From positions 1 through 33,000 of the IMG/VR virus record IMGVR_UViG_3300007643_000036: a stretch of 33,000 nt of DNA; one strand, given 5' to 3'. The stretch is from a virus. Lineage: Duplodnaviria > Caudoviricetes. Positions within the stretch are counted from its first letter, which is position 1. Each line of letters begins with the position of its first letter. Both the position numbers and the translations under genes were made by a program. The notes beneath the pieces are model-generated. The model was not told the DNA's origin and ran no database searches. It saw nothing but the letters and a program-made list of their open reading frames with translations. Shown here piece after piece: positions 1 to 7,474 of this stretch.

Positions 1-278
1 CCCCCCCCCCGCCCCCCCCCCCCAAGTACTGCACCCGCAAGGTTGGCAAGCTCATGTTTTGCATCCTCAAGGTAGGCTTCCGCAAGGTTTGCATCCGCAA
101 GGTTGGCATCCGCAAGGTTGGCACCCGCAAGGTAGGCACCCGCAAGGTTGGCATTGTTCTTTATGGCCCACTTGATAGCCAGCCCTATCCTTATTGAGCG
201 TGGCGTTTTGTCGCCGCACTCAATATCTGCGGTGAATTGAACTTCTCCGGTCCAACGGTTTTTAACTGTAAACTCCAT
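1..278 (-). CDS. Pentapeptide-repeat protein (3' end truncated at window edge)
   Basis: Not in the ORF track. Manual translation from ATG 278 gives MEFTVKNRWTGEVQFTADIECGDKTPRSIRIGLAIKWAIKNN-ANLAG-AYLAG-ANLAD-ANLAD-ANLAE-AYLED..., canonical A(N/Y)LXX repeats. The ATG overlaps the TGA of the upstream gene (TGATG). Confidence 0.85.
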   Translation of the reverse strand, partial: MEFTVKNRWTGEVQFTADIECGDKTPRSIRIGLAIKWAIKNNANLAGAYLAGANLADANLADANLAEAYLEDAKHELANLAGAVLGGGGRGG

Positions 279-619
279 CAGAGATACCGCCAGCTTGCGC
301 TATAATCCGCTTCAAGCTCTGCCCATCCGCGATCTGCGTCGGTTACGCGGTCAGCGTTGGTAATCTCGTCAATGCGAAATATGGTTTCCATTGTCAGAAA
401 CTTCGCAGCGGTCAGGCGGTCGTAATAAACAACCGTTGCCCGATCCTCTACAGATATGCCGCGCAGGGTTAGTTCCCCGTCGCTATCTGCTATGAAATAG
501 CCTTGGGCAAACTCGCCGCGCTCGTTCGTCGGGTCCGTTTCTTCCATCCAGTTGTCGGAAATATCTTCCACCAGATCGGCGGTGATCCACTTGGGCTTGA
601 TTGACAATTGCGTGTTCAT
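278..619 (-). CDS. Hypothetical early phage protein, first gene of leftward operon
   Basis: 113-aa ORF with GAGGG RBS, downstream of the pL-like promoter and coupled to the next gene. Confidence 0.75.
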   Translation of the reverse strand: MNTQLSIKPKWITADLVEDISDNWMEETDPTNERGEFAQGYFIADSDGELTLRGISVEDRATVVYYDRLTAAKFLTMETIFRIDEITNADRVTDADRGWAELEADYSASWRYL

Positions 620-650
620 TTATCCATTCCCTCTGTTTGGGTATGGATAT

Positions 651-702
651 AATCTAGGCCAAGTATCTTGGCACGTCAAGAACAAATGCCAAATTTCTTG
701 TC
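651..702 (-). promoter_or_regulatory. pL-like promoter with two repressor operators
   Basis: Minus strand TTGACG (679-674), 17 bp, TAGATT (656-651). The perfect inverted repeat GCCAAGtatCTTGGC (658-672) fills the spacer, and a degenerate copy GCCAAatttCTTGtC lies at 688-702. Confidence 0.8.
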
Positions 703-793
703 ATTAAAGTTTGGGGCACCCGCTTGACGTGTATGCGAAGAATCGCCAATCTGCCTCTATTACGTGGGGAAGACGTAAAAAAGGACTGCACAC

Positions 794-1042
794 ATGCAAG
801 AACGGAAACGCCAAGCGCGCATTGATCGGTTAATCAAAGCGTCGGCAAGGACGGGTTTAACTATAGATTGTCTGGAGGCGTTAACTCAGGGCCTGTCAAT
901 CCAGGCTGAACGCAAGGTCATTGGCAATGTATCTGCCATGCCCTCATATATGAAATCGAGGGTTAATCCATATGTTTGGCGCAAAGCTAATGCCCCATCA
1001 ATGGACACACGGCTTGATCCGGATTCCCAATTAGATAGCTGA
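794..1042 (+). CDS. Possible small ORF antisense to the 3' half of the repressor
   Basis: AAGGA RBS upstream of ATG 794 and a candidate promoter TTGACG(724)-17 bp-CAATCT. It overlaps the repressor by 157 bp, so it is uncertain. Confidence 0.3.
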   Translation: MQERKRQARIDRLIKASARTGLTIDCLEALTQGLSIQAERKVIGNVSAMPSYMKSRVNPYVWRKANAPSMDTRLDPDSQLDS

Positions 1043-1155
1043 GAGCGTTTGAGGCCAGCTTTTTCAGCGTATTCCTTTTGCTCCATGCCTTCTAGGTGTC
1101 GGTGCCACTGAATACGCGCGGCTATATCTGCGAACGGTTTTACTGATTCTTTCAT
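886..1155 (-). CDS. CI-like XRE-family HTH repressor (short, no peptidase S24 domain)
   Basis: MEQKEYAEKAGLKRSQLSNWESG is an HTH_3-type motif. The gene is divergent from a cro-like gene and flanked by operators. Start reassigned to ATG 1155. Confidence 0.85.
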   Translation of the reverse strand: MKESVKPFADIAARIQWHRHLEGMEQKEYAEKAGLKRSQLSNWESGSSRVSIDGALALRQTYGLTLDFIYEGMADTLPMTLRSAWIDRP

Positions 1156-1162
1156 GTCGCGA

Positions 1163-1236
1163 TGATTGCCGCGACAAGTAATTTGACGCAACTGTCTGTC
1201 GTTTGGCTTGACGTAAGCCAAGATGCTTGGCATAGT
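1163..1236. promoter_or_regulatory. Divergent pRM/pR-like promoters with operators
   Basis: Plus strand TTGACG (1208-1213)-17 bp-CATAGT (1231-1236), with operator GCCAAGatgCTTGGC at 1217-1231. Minus strand TTGCGT (1191-1186)-17 bp-CAATCA (1168-1163), with degenerate operator GaCAAGtaatTTGaC at 1173-1187. Confidence 0.75.
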
Positions 1237-1242
1237 GTCCAT

Positions 1243-1485
1243 ATGGCTAATCACACAACTTCTCAATTCATCGACGCCATTGGCCCCGATGCTTTACTTT
1301 CACTAGAGGGAATGACGGAAAGAAATCTCCGCCACGTTCGCTCCGTGGGTTACTTCGCTGCGCGGTGGTATCGCCCCATTAAAGAACTCGCTGAAAGCCG
1401 TAGGATTCTTTGCCCGCTTGATGCTTTTAGCTGGCAGGAAACCAAACCGATTGCGCGCCAATCTTCTACGGCGCCCATGCAATGA
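1243..1485 (+). CDS. Cro-like small transcriptional regulator
   Basis: 80-aa ORF from ATG 1243 (MANHTTSQFIDAIG...) divergent from the repressor, in the cro position. Confidence 0.7.
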   Translation: MANHTTSQFIDAIGPDALLSLEGMTERNLRHVRSVGYFAARWYRPIKELAESRRILCPLDAFSWQETKPIARQSSTAPMQ

Positions 1486-1632
1486 CTGTTTCCTTGCCTG
1501 CAACAATAGGTAGCATTCCCCCTGCATTTTGCAAGGTTGGGTATACCTTACCTTCCCAAAAGAACAGCAACCCGCGCATGGGCGGTTATCCATGCAACCT
1601 CTCTGTTGGACGCCAGAAACGTCAGGCCACCT

Positions 1633-1665
1633 CCCTCGCTGGCTTCGGCTGGCGGGGGCTTTTTC
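1633..1665 (+). terminator. tR1-like intrinsic terminator
   Basis: CCCTCGCTGGC-TTCG-GCTGGCGGGGG hairpin (with G-U pairs) followed by CTTTTTC. Confidence 0.6.
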
Positions 1666-1680
1666 TGGCAGAGGTGCGTA

Positions 1681-2025
1681 ATGGGTAAAGGGCAGAGAAT
1701 AAAAGGTTCCGGCTATGAGCGCGAAATCGTCAACTGGCTGCGTGAAATCGGCGCAACCGCTGAACGTGTCCCGTTATCCGGCGCGGCTAAGGGGTCATAC
1801 GCGGCTGATATAAGGTTCGGCCCCACGCTGGCTTACAGCGGCGAATGCAAGCGGTTCAAAACAGGTCTGGCGAAACTCTACCACGCTTTAGAGCAAGACG
1901 ACGCTGACGTTGTTTTTGCGCGCGGCGACAGGAAAGACACGATTGTCTGTATGCCGCTGGAAACCTTTGAAGACTTCTTAGCGAAACTTGGTTGGGCGCA
2001 CCAGAGATTTGGGGGCGAGGAATGA
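1681..2025 (+). CDS. Putative Holliday junction resolvase (PD-(D/E)XK nuclease)
   Basis: KGSGYERE...RVPLSGA...ADI...GECKR pattern typical of Hjc-like phage nucleases; GAGG RBS before ATG 1681. Confidence 0.75.
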   Translation: MGKGQRIKGSGYEREIVNWLREIGATAERVPLSGAAKGSYAADIRFGPTLAYSGECKRFKTGLAKLYHALEQDDADVVFARGDRKDTIVCMPLETFEDFLAKLGWAHQRFGGEE

Positions 2026-2846
2026 GCATTCTGCACATTGCCTTTTACCCCTCAGATTGGCTTGCCGGAACGCGCGGACTGTCGGACGCTGAGACAGGCG
2101 TTTACATCACACTCATAGCCAGAATGTATGAAATGGCGGCACCCATTGAGCGGGATGATAATCGCCTCGCCAGATTGTGCGGATGCAAGTCGCGCGCAGG
2201 GTTTGTGAAGTCCCTCGAATATCTCATTTCTGAGGGGAAAATCACAGAGTCAAACGGCTCACTTTTCAATGAACGTGTTGAAAAAGAGATCAAAATTACG
2301 ACACAAAAGTCAGACAAAGCAAAGACAGCCGCCGAGTCGCGTTGGAGTAAAAAACCCAATAAAAACAATGGAGGCGATAATGCAGACGCATCGCCCAAGC
2401 ATATGCCCCAGCAATGCCAGTTAGAACCAGAACCAGAGTTAAGAATAGAGGTAGATAAATCTACCTCTTGTTCATTTGACGAATTTTGGAAGGTTTGGCC
2501 GAATAAAAGTTCCAAGCCTGCTGCCAGACGGGCGTGGAAGAAATTATCCCGTGCTGATCAAAAAACGGTAATCGGTTGCGCTGCGTCTTGGTTCAAGGCT
2601 TGGCGAAAGCAAAACCCCGATTGTTCGCCCATTCTGCCAGCCAGCTTCCTGAACGGTGAGCGGTGGCTTGACGAGGGGGTGGCTGTTCCGAAGGCCGATC
2701 CAGAGGAAATGCTGAAATTCTACGCAGATTGGGTGAACGGTGAAAAGTTCATTTCCCCAAGCGCAATCAAACCGCAGGTCGTTTCTCAGCTTCTGAGCAG
2801 CGACATGGTTTCAGAATCCAGAATGAAGGAAAGGGGATTGATATGA
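2022..2846 (+). CDS. Replication initiator, DUF1376/YdaU-like
   Basis: N-terminal FYPSDWLAGTRGLSDAETGVYITLI and C-terminal FDEFWKVWP.K..K..A..AWKKL / PASFLNGERWLDE motifs. Confidence 0.8.
   Translation: MSILHIAFYPSDWLAGTRGLSDAETGVYITLIARMYEMAAPIERDDNRLARLCGCKSRAGFVKSLEYLISEGKITESNGSLFNERVEKEIKITTQKSDKAKTAAESRWSKKPNKNNGGDNADASPKHMPQQCQLEPEPELRIEVDKSTSCSFDEFWKVWPNKSSKPAARRAWKKLSRADQKTVIGCAASWFKAWRKQNPDCSPILPASFLNGERWLDEGVAVPKADPEEMLKFYADWVNGEKFISPSAIKPQVVSQLLSSDMVSESRMKERGLI
2380..2468. other. Candidate replication origin inside the initiator gene
   Basis: GCA..ATGC-type short repeats at 2380-2418, an AGAACC tandem, and a perfect inverted repeat AGAGGTAGAT-AA-ATCTACCTCT at 2447-2468, all in the interdomain linker as in lambda O. 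Confidence 0.45.
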
Positions 2847-3139
2847 TTGAGCCAATCACAGCAGACAGCATGCGCGCGGCGTATTCCAAGGTTCACATGG
2901 GCGTTGCGCCAATATCCAAAATAATTCGCGCAGTTTCCGAAGGCAGCGGGGTTTCGACTGACGAAATTCTAGGGGGTTCCCGCCTAAAGCACATTGTCGC
3001 CGCCCGTCACTTGGCAATCTGGCAATCACGCCAACTTGGCTATTCGTTCCCCCATATCGGGCGATGCTTTAAGCGCAATCACACAAGCGTTCAGAACGCA
3101 TGCCGAAAGATCGACGCGAAAATGAAAAAGGAGAAATGA
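2843..3139 (+). CDS. DnaA C-terminal (domain IV)-like HTH protein
   Basis: [20 protein letters not shown]...[24 protein letters not shown] follows the Bac_DnaA_C pattern (R..A.Y...S.P.IG..F.RDHTTV..A..KI). Confidence 0.8.
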   Translation: MIEPITADSMRAAYSKVHMGVAPISKIIRAVSEGSGVSTDEILGGSRLKHIVAARHLAIWQSRQLGYSFPHIGRCFKRNHTSVQNACRKIDAKMKKEK

Positions 3140-3140
3140 A

Positions 3141-3575
3141 ATGGCTGGATCAGTCAACAAGGTAATCATTCTAGGCAACTTGGGGGCAGAACCCGAAGTG
3201 AGAACATTCCAGAACGGAAACAAGGTTTGCAATCTACGCATTGCCACAAGCGAAACCTGGAAAGACAAAAACACAGGTGAACGCAAAGAGCGCACCGAAT
3301 GGCATACGGTCGCCATTTTCAACGAAGGTCTGGTTCGGGTCGCTGAACAATATCTGCGCAAGGGGTCAAAGGTTTATATCGAAGGCAAGCTGCAAACCCG
3401 CAAATGGCAGGATCAATCCGGAAATGACAGGTATTCCACCGAAGTTGTGCTGCAAGGTTTTGACGCAAATCTAACCATGCTTGACGGGCGTCAGGACGGC
3501 AATTCTCAGCAATCCGACAGCGGGTATCAAGCACCGCCTGCAAGCGATGCGTTCGACGACGAGATTCCGTTTTGA
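3141..3575 (+). CDS. ssb: Single-stranded DNA-binding protein
   Basis: [21 protein letters not shown]...TEWH...[19 protein letters not shown] with acidic DDEIPF tail. Confidence 0.97.
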   Translation: MAGSVNKVIILGNLGAEPEVRTFQNGNKVCNLRIATSETWKDKNTGERKERTEWHTVAIFNEGLVRVAEQYLRKGSKVYIEGKLQTRKWQDQSGNDRYSTEVVLQGFDANLTMLDGRQDGNSQQSDSGYQAPPASDAFDDEIPF

Positions 3576-3587
3576 GGAGGCGAAGTA

Positions 3588-3914
3588 ATGAAACACAGCG
3601 ACAGCACACCCCATGCGGACAGCAACGGCGGCGAGGGCGCGCGGGAAATGCGTGAACTCTGGCAGGGCGTTCTGATCCGCCTGATTCAAGATTTATCATC
3701 TGAGAATAACGGCGATGAATCGATAAGGGCAAGAATAGACGCGCACCGCTGGTTCTCTGGCTATTCCAAAGATTTCAGGGAGGTCTGCACGCTTGCTGGC
3801 CTTGATCCGATTGCGGTTCACGAGCGTTACAAGGCCGGAAAGATTGCGCCAGATTTGCTGTTTGGTTGCCGAAATATCAACGGCAACAAGCCGAGATATG
3901 CGGTGGCGATATGA
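3588..3914 (+). CDS. Hypothetical phage protein
   Basis: Strong GAGGAGG RBS; contains a DFREVCTLAGLDP motif; in operon. Confidence 0.75.
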   Translation: MKHSDSTPHADSNGGEGAREMRELWQGVLIRLIQDLSSENNGDESIRARIDAHRWFSGYSKDFREVCTLAGLDPIAVHERYKAGKIAPDLLFGCRNINGNKPRYAVAI

Positions 3915-4309
3915 GAACCCGCCCACCATTCAGACGCCGGAACCTATCGCGGGTGTATCCATTCGCGGGGAATAACTACACCATTTGCGTGGGGTATTAC
4001 GACAGCGGCAAACCTGCCGAAGTCTTTGTTGACGGGCCACCCCACCACACGGGCAACCAGTTGGACAGGGAAGGCGACGACGCCTGCATTCTCATTTCAT
4101 TGCTTTTGCAGCGCGATGTTTCCGCCGTGAAAATCCGTGACGCCCTATCGACAGAACCAACGTGGCAGGGGGAACAACCCGCAAGCCTCACGAGCATGAT
4201 TGCGCACGCTGTTGTGGACATGGAAGAGGCCATGACGCCGCTCACGTATGAAACCCGCGACCCCGAAAACCTAGAACCACACGGGCCGCAAAATCACCCG
4301 CTGAAATAA
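3911..4309 (+). CDS. Stand-alone TSCPD-like domain protein (similar to the C-terminal region of class II ribonucleotide reductase)
   Basis: R..P.RR...YTICVGYYDSGKPAEVFVD...DDACILISLLLQ...S.TSMIA pattern; ATG 3911 overlaps the previous stop. Confidence 0.6.
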   Translation: MRTRPPFRRRNLSRVYPFAGNNYTICVGYYDSGKPAEVFVDGPPHHTGNQLDREGDDACILISLLLQRDVSAVKIRDALSTEPTWQGEQPASLTSMIAHAVVDMEEAMTPLTYETRDPENLEPHGPQNHPLK

Positions 4310-4333
4310 CATCGCACAAGCGAGGGGCAGACA

Positions 4334-4876
4334 ATGACAAAGCATTTCGACAGGCTTTACCATGTTCGGAACTATGACTGGGAACGCGCCATGCGGGAGG
4401 GTTGCAAGTTGGCAGTCGAGAACGCCAGAAAGAATGCAACGCTATCCGGTGTAGATGTTATGTGGGAATTACTTAAAGACGCCATAAGTGTGTCTGGCAT
4501 AACTTACACGGGAACTCCAAGGCAGGGATTGCCGCGCAAGTCAGCAATGCCGGACGCGCCAGACGAAATCACCTATTGGCAACAAATGAGCGCATATTTA
4601 CGCGGCGAGACAGAGGATCAGCCAGAAATAGAGGCGCGGCCACCAGAACCAACGGCAGAGCAGATCAGCAGGGCGGGAATGGTTCTTGAGGTTTGGCATA
4701 GGGCGGCCCTAAAAGAACGCGGGGACTGGAAAAGGATTAGAAAGGCCGTTTACCTGAAGGCGTCGGGCGTTCCTCACAGAAAAGTCTCAGCAATAACCGG
4801 ATTTTCACGCCAGCGGCTGCACCGATCCAAAGCGGAAGCAATGGGCGATATGCTGGAATTTATCCGAACACTTTAG
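4334..4876 (+). CDS. Putative late-gene regulator (Q-position antiterminator, C-terminal HTH)
   Basis: Last early gene; C-terminal HTH GVPHRKVSAITGFSRQRLHR; directly followed by a strong promoter and terminator. Confidence 0.55.
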   Translation: MTKHFDRLYHVRNYDWERAMREGCKLAVENARKNATLSGVDVMWELLKDAISVSGITYTGTPRQGLPRKSAMPDAPDEITYWQQMSAYLRGETEDQPEIEARPPEPTAEQISRAGMVLEVWHRAALKERGDWKRIRKAVYLKASGVPHRKVSAITGFSRQRLHRSKAEAMGDMLEFIRTL

Positions 4877-4904
4877 GGGTTTGAAAATAAATTTGCGCTA
4901 CATG

Positions 4905-4944
4905 TTGACATTGCGACAAAATCACGTATGATCTGATATACAAT
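4905..4944 (+). promoter_or_regulatory. pR'-like late promoter with a second -10-like pause element
   Basis: TTGACA (4905-4910)-16 bp-TATGAT (4927-4932), with TACAAT at 4939-4944 (about +1 to +6). Confidence 0.7.
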
Positions 4945-4963
4945 CACATGAAATGTGTTTTTG

Positions 4964-4994
4964 AGGTGCGTTGGGGAAACCCGCGCGCCTTTTT
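4964..4994 (+). terminator. tR'-like intrinsic terminator
   Basis: AGGTGCGT-t-GGG-GAAA-CCC-GCGCGCCT hairpin followed by a T tract. Confidence 0.65.
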
Positions 4995-5015
4995 CGTTAC
5001 CCGAAAGGGGCAATC

Positions 5016-5297
5016 ATGAAATTCTTAGCACTTACAGCGGCGCTTCTTGCGCCTTCTTTCGCTATGGCACAAGCAAACTGCGCCCCAAGGGCATTTGCCG
5101 AAGAGCGACTGCGAAACACCTTTGGCGAGGTTATCCAATCACGCGGCATTCTTCGCGGCGCTATCTTGGAAATGTGGGCGAACACGGAAACAGGAACTTG
5201 GACTGCGGTAGTTACGACGCCGGACGGGCGGTCTTGCGTTGTGGCAGCGGGGCAGGACTTTGAATCGGTTCTTGAGCCAGGGGGCGACCCGGCGTAA
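5016..5297 (+). CDS. Small secreted protein with two cysteines (paralog of 24833..25123)
   Basis: Signal peptide MKFLALTAALLAPSFAMA; AAGGGG RBS. Confidence 0.75.
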   Translation: MKFLALTAALLAPSFAMAQANCAPRAFAEERLRNTFGEVIQSRGILRGAILEMWANTETGTWTAVVTTPDGRSCVVAAGQDFESVLEPGGDPA

Positions 5298-6325
5298 TGC
5301 CTAATCCAACATTAACAGACGAGGCGGCGCGGGAAACTGTCGCTGTTTATCTCGACTGCAACATGAATGTGTCTGAAACGGGGAGGCGGCTTGGTCGCAC
5401 ACCCGCAACAGTAAGACACAGGCTTGATTTAGCTGTTGATCGCGGCTTTATGGAACGTGACGCTTTACACCAGCGGAACGCCCCGCGAGCAGTGGAATAT
5501 TCGGACCTGCGGACGCGAAAGTTAGCGGCGTTTGCCCGAAAGAAGGAAAAGGGAAGTTGGCGCAAGCCTGTTTTGGTTTCATTGCCTGACGGGCCGTTTA
5601 GGCTGAAAATCTTTGGTGATCCGCACATTGACGACGCGGCTTGTGATTTTGAATTGTTTGAGCGTCACTTCATGGAGCTAAACCCAAGCACAAGGACATA
5701 TGGTGTCTGCGTCGGGGACTGGTTCAATAACTGGCTCAAGGTTCTAAGCCACCTTTGGAAAGATCAACCACCATCAGACGAAGCATACCCGCTTTTGCAG
5801 TATCTCATGGAAGAACGCGGCGCGGGATTAATTGCGGCATGTTCCGGCAATCACGACGACTGGACGCACGCACCGTTTGATCCGATTGACGATCTAATGA
5901 AGCGGCATGGGGTTCGATACCGCAAGGGCGCTATCCGGCTGGCTGTAAAAAGCGGGGAACACACCCCGTTCACCATCGGCATGCGGCACAAGTGGCGTGG
6001 CCAATCCATGTATTCCGCAGCGCACGGGATTCGCAGGGCAGTAGAAAAGGGCTGGTCTGATCTGATTTCGATTGGTGGCCACATTCACCAAGACGAGCCA
6101 AGGCTATTCACGCACCCCGACACGGGCAATCACACACACATTTGTCAGGTGAGCGCATTCAAGAAGTTTGACGAGTTTGCAGACATTCACGGTTTCATGG
6201 GTAGCCAAATCAGCCCGATCTGGGACTTGGTTATTGATCCGCGCCTACCGGATACCAATCCCGACAAGGTGAAAACATTCTGGGACGCTGAAAGGGCGGC
6301 GGCATATCTTGACGCAATCGCGTAA
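5297..6325 (+). CDS. N-terminal HTH fused to a calcineurin-like metallophosphoesterase
   Basis: NVSETGRRLGRTPATVRHRL (HTH); GDPH, GDWFN, GNHD and GHIH metallophosphoesterase motifs. Confidence 0.8.
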   Translation: MPNPTLTDEAARETVAVYLDCNMNVSETGRRLGRTPATVRHRLDLAVDRGFMERDALHQRNAPRAVEYSDLRTRKLAAFARKKEKGSWRKPVLVSLPDGPFRLKIFGDPHIDDAACDFELFERHFMELNPSTRTYGVCVGDWFNNWLKVLSHLWKDQPPSDEAYPLLQYLMEERGAGLIAACSGNHDDWTHAPFDPIDDLMKRHGVRYRKGAIRLAVKSGEHTPFTIGMRHKWRGQSMYSAAHGIRRAVEKGWSDLISIGGHIHQDEPRLFTHPDTGNHTHICQVSAFKKFDEFADIHGFMGSQISPIWDLVIDPRLPDTNPDKVKTFWDAERAAAYLDAIA

Positions 6326-6506
6326 AATCTACGCAAGGGCAGAGGGTAACAAGCTGGTATTCTATGCCCCTAAAGCAGACGGTGGCACGGAATACTTTAA
6401 ACCAATCGAAGGCACTGCGTTGGCTAACCTGCTGGTGGATGCTGCGACTGCACTTGTTATTCCGAAAAACAAGCGAAATGACTTGTCTCCCAAGATCGAC
6501 AGTTAG
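6309..6506 (+). CDS. Hypothetical protein
   Basis: 65-aa ORF with TTG start, filling the operon gap. Confidence 0.45.
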   Translation: MTQSRKIYARAEGNKLVFYAPKADGGTEYFKPIEGTALANLLVDAATALVIPKNKRNDLSPKIDS

Positions 6507-6516
6507 GCGGGGCCGA

Positions 6517-6708
6517 ATGCTCACAGGTGAAGAAATCGAAAACTGGGGCGTTGATGAACTGGAAGCAGAAGCCATAGCCGCTGAAATCGAAGTATATATG
6601 AACTTCATAGCAGAACGCGGCGAAATCTCAGGTGAAGCAATAGCCCAATCAGCCGCTTTAATCGTGGCAGACTTAATTGACGACGCAATCAAGCAAGGAA
6701 TGAACTAG
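6517..6708 (+). CDS. Small acidic hypothetical protein
   Basis: MLTGEEIENWGVDELEAEAI... from ATG 6517. Confidence 0.5.
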   Translation: MLTGEEIENWGVDELEAEAIAAEIEVYMNFIAERGEISGEAIAQSAALIVADLIDDAIKQGMN

Positions 6709-6953
6709 ACGGCCTGACCAGACGCAACACGGGCTTTGTGTGCTGCAAGGCTGCGTTCAAAGGTTGTGAGGTAGTTAACGTCAGCTTCCCACTCACGCTT
6801 AAAGGCGAGCCATTCAGAGCAACGCTCCTGCCGGATGTTGCAATCATTCATAAGCTGTTCCCCCACTTGATATTCAAGGTTCATTCTATCAGCGGCATCA
6901 TCAGTCATCTGACAAGCAGACAACGCAAACACTAAGGCAAAGACAATACGCAT
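6705..6953 (-). CDS. Predicted lipoprotein, moron-like (opposite strand)
   Basis: MRIVFALVFALSAC with lipobox LSAC; GGAG RBS. Confidence 0.75.
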   Translation of the reverse strand: MRIVFALVFALSACQMTDDAADRMNLEYQVGEQLMNDCNIRQERCSEWLAFKREWEADVNYLTTFERSLAAHKARVASGQAV

Positions 6954-7050
6954 GGCGTTACTCCATTGCTAGGGATATTCCACAGCATAGGACCACGCCA
7001 AGGCATACAAGGCAACACAAGGTTACGGGGAATAATCAGCGGTTTGAATC

Positions 7051-7335
7051 ATGACCTGGAGACATGAACTAAGCAGGCATGAACGCGGTTATGGGTATGA
7101 ATGGACTAAACGCCGGGCGTCCGTTCTGCTGCGCGACAATTATCTGTGCCAGCCATGCTTAAGACAGGGAAGGCCAACCGCAGCGCGTGAGGTGGACCAC
7201 ATAACGCCCAAAGCGCAAGACGGATCAGACGACTTCGACAACCTGCAGGCAATATGCACGGACTGTCACAAGGCTAAGACCAAGGCAGAGACAAGCAACA
7301 AGGCGATAATAGGGGTGGACGGGTGGCCAATCTAA
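7051..7335 (+). CDS. HNH endonuclease (HK97 gp74-like packaging cofactor)
   Basis: RDNYLCQPC...EVDHITPKAQDGSDDFDNLQAICTDCHKAKT; just upstream of terS. Confidence 0.92.
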   Translation: MTWRHELSRHERGYGYEWTKRRASVLLRDNYLCQPCLRQGRPTAAREVDHITPKAQDGSDDFDNLQAICTDCHKAKTKAETSNKAIIGVDGWPI

Positions 7336-7389
7336 GGCAATATCCTTCAAATAGTTCACAAGCCCTTGATAACAAATATTTTATGGCTA

Positions 7390-7470
7390 GGGGGAGGGTA
7401 ATTCTCTACCACCTCTCAGTCAGGGACCGGCGCGGGGAGCCTTTTTCCCACGTCCAAAAAATGGGGAATT
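7390..7470. other. Probable cos packaging region
   Basis: Non-coding gap between HNH and terS with a G-run and GGGACCGGCGCGGGG. The position is typical of 3'-cos HK97-like phages; the exact cut site cannot be determined. Confidence 0.4.
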
Positions 7471-7474
7471 AAAA

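Noticed and set aside
1-23. Poly-C run at the window start
   Set aside because: Most likely a low-quality or poly-G read-end artifact at a contig edge; the repeat units next to it also degrade
30-152. 15-bp tandem repeats considered as CRISPR or iterons
   Set aside because: No spacers; fully explained by pentapeptide coding
1482-1688. 68-aa ORF in the cII position
   Set aside because: It runs through a terminator hairpin and has no recognisable motif; coding status is unsupported
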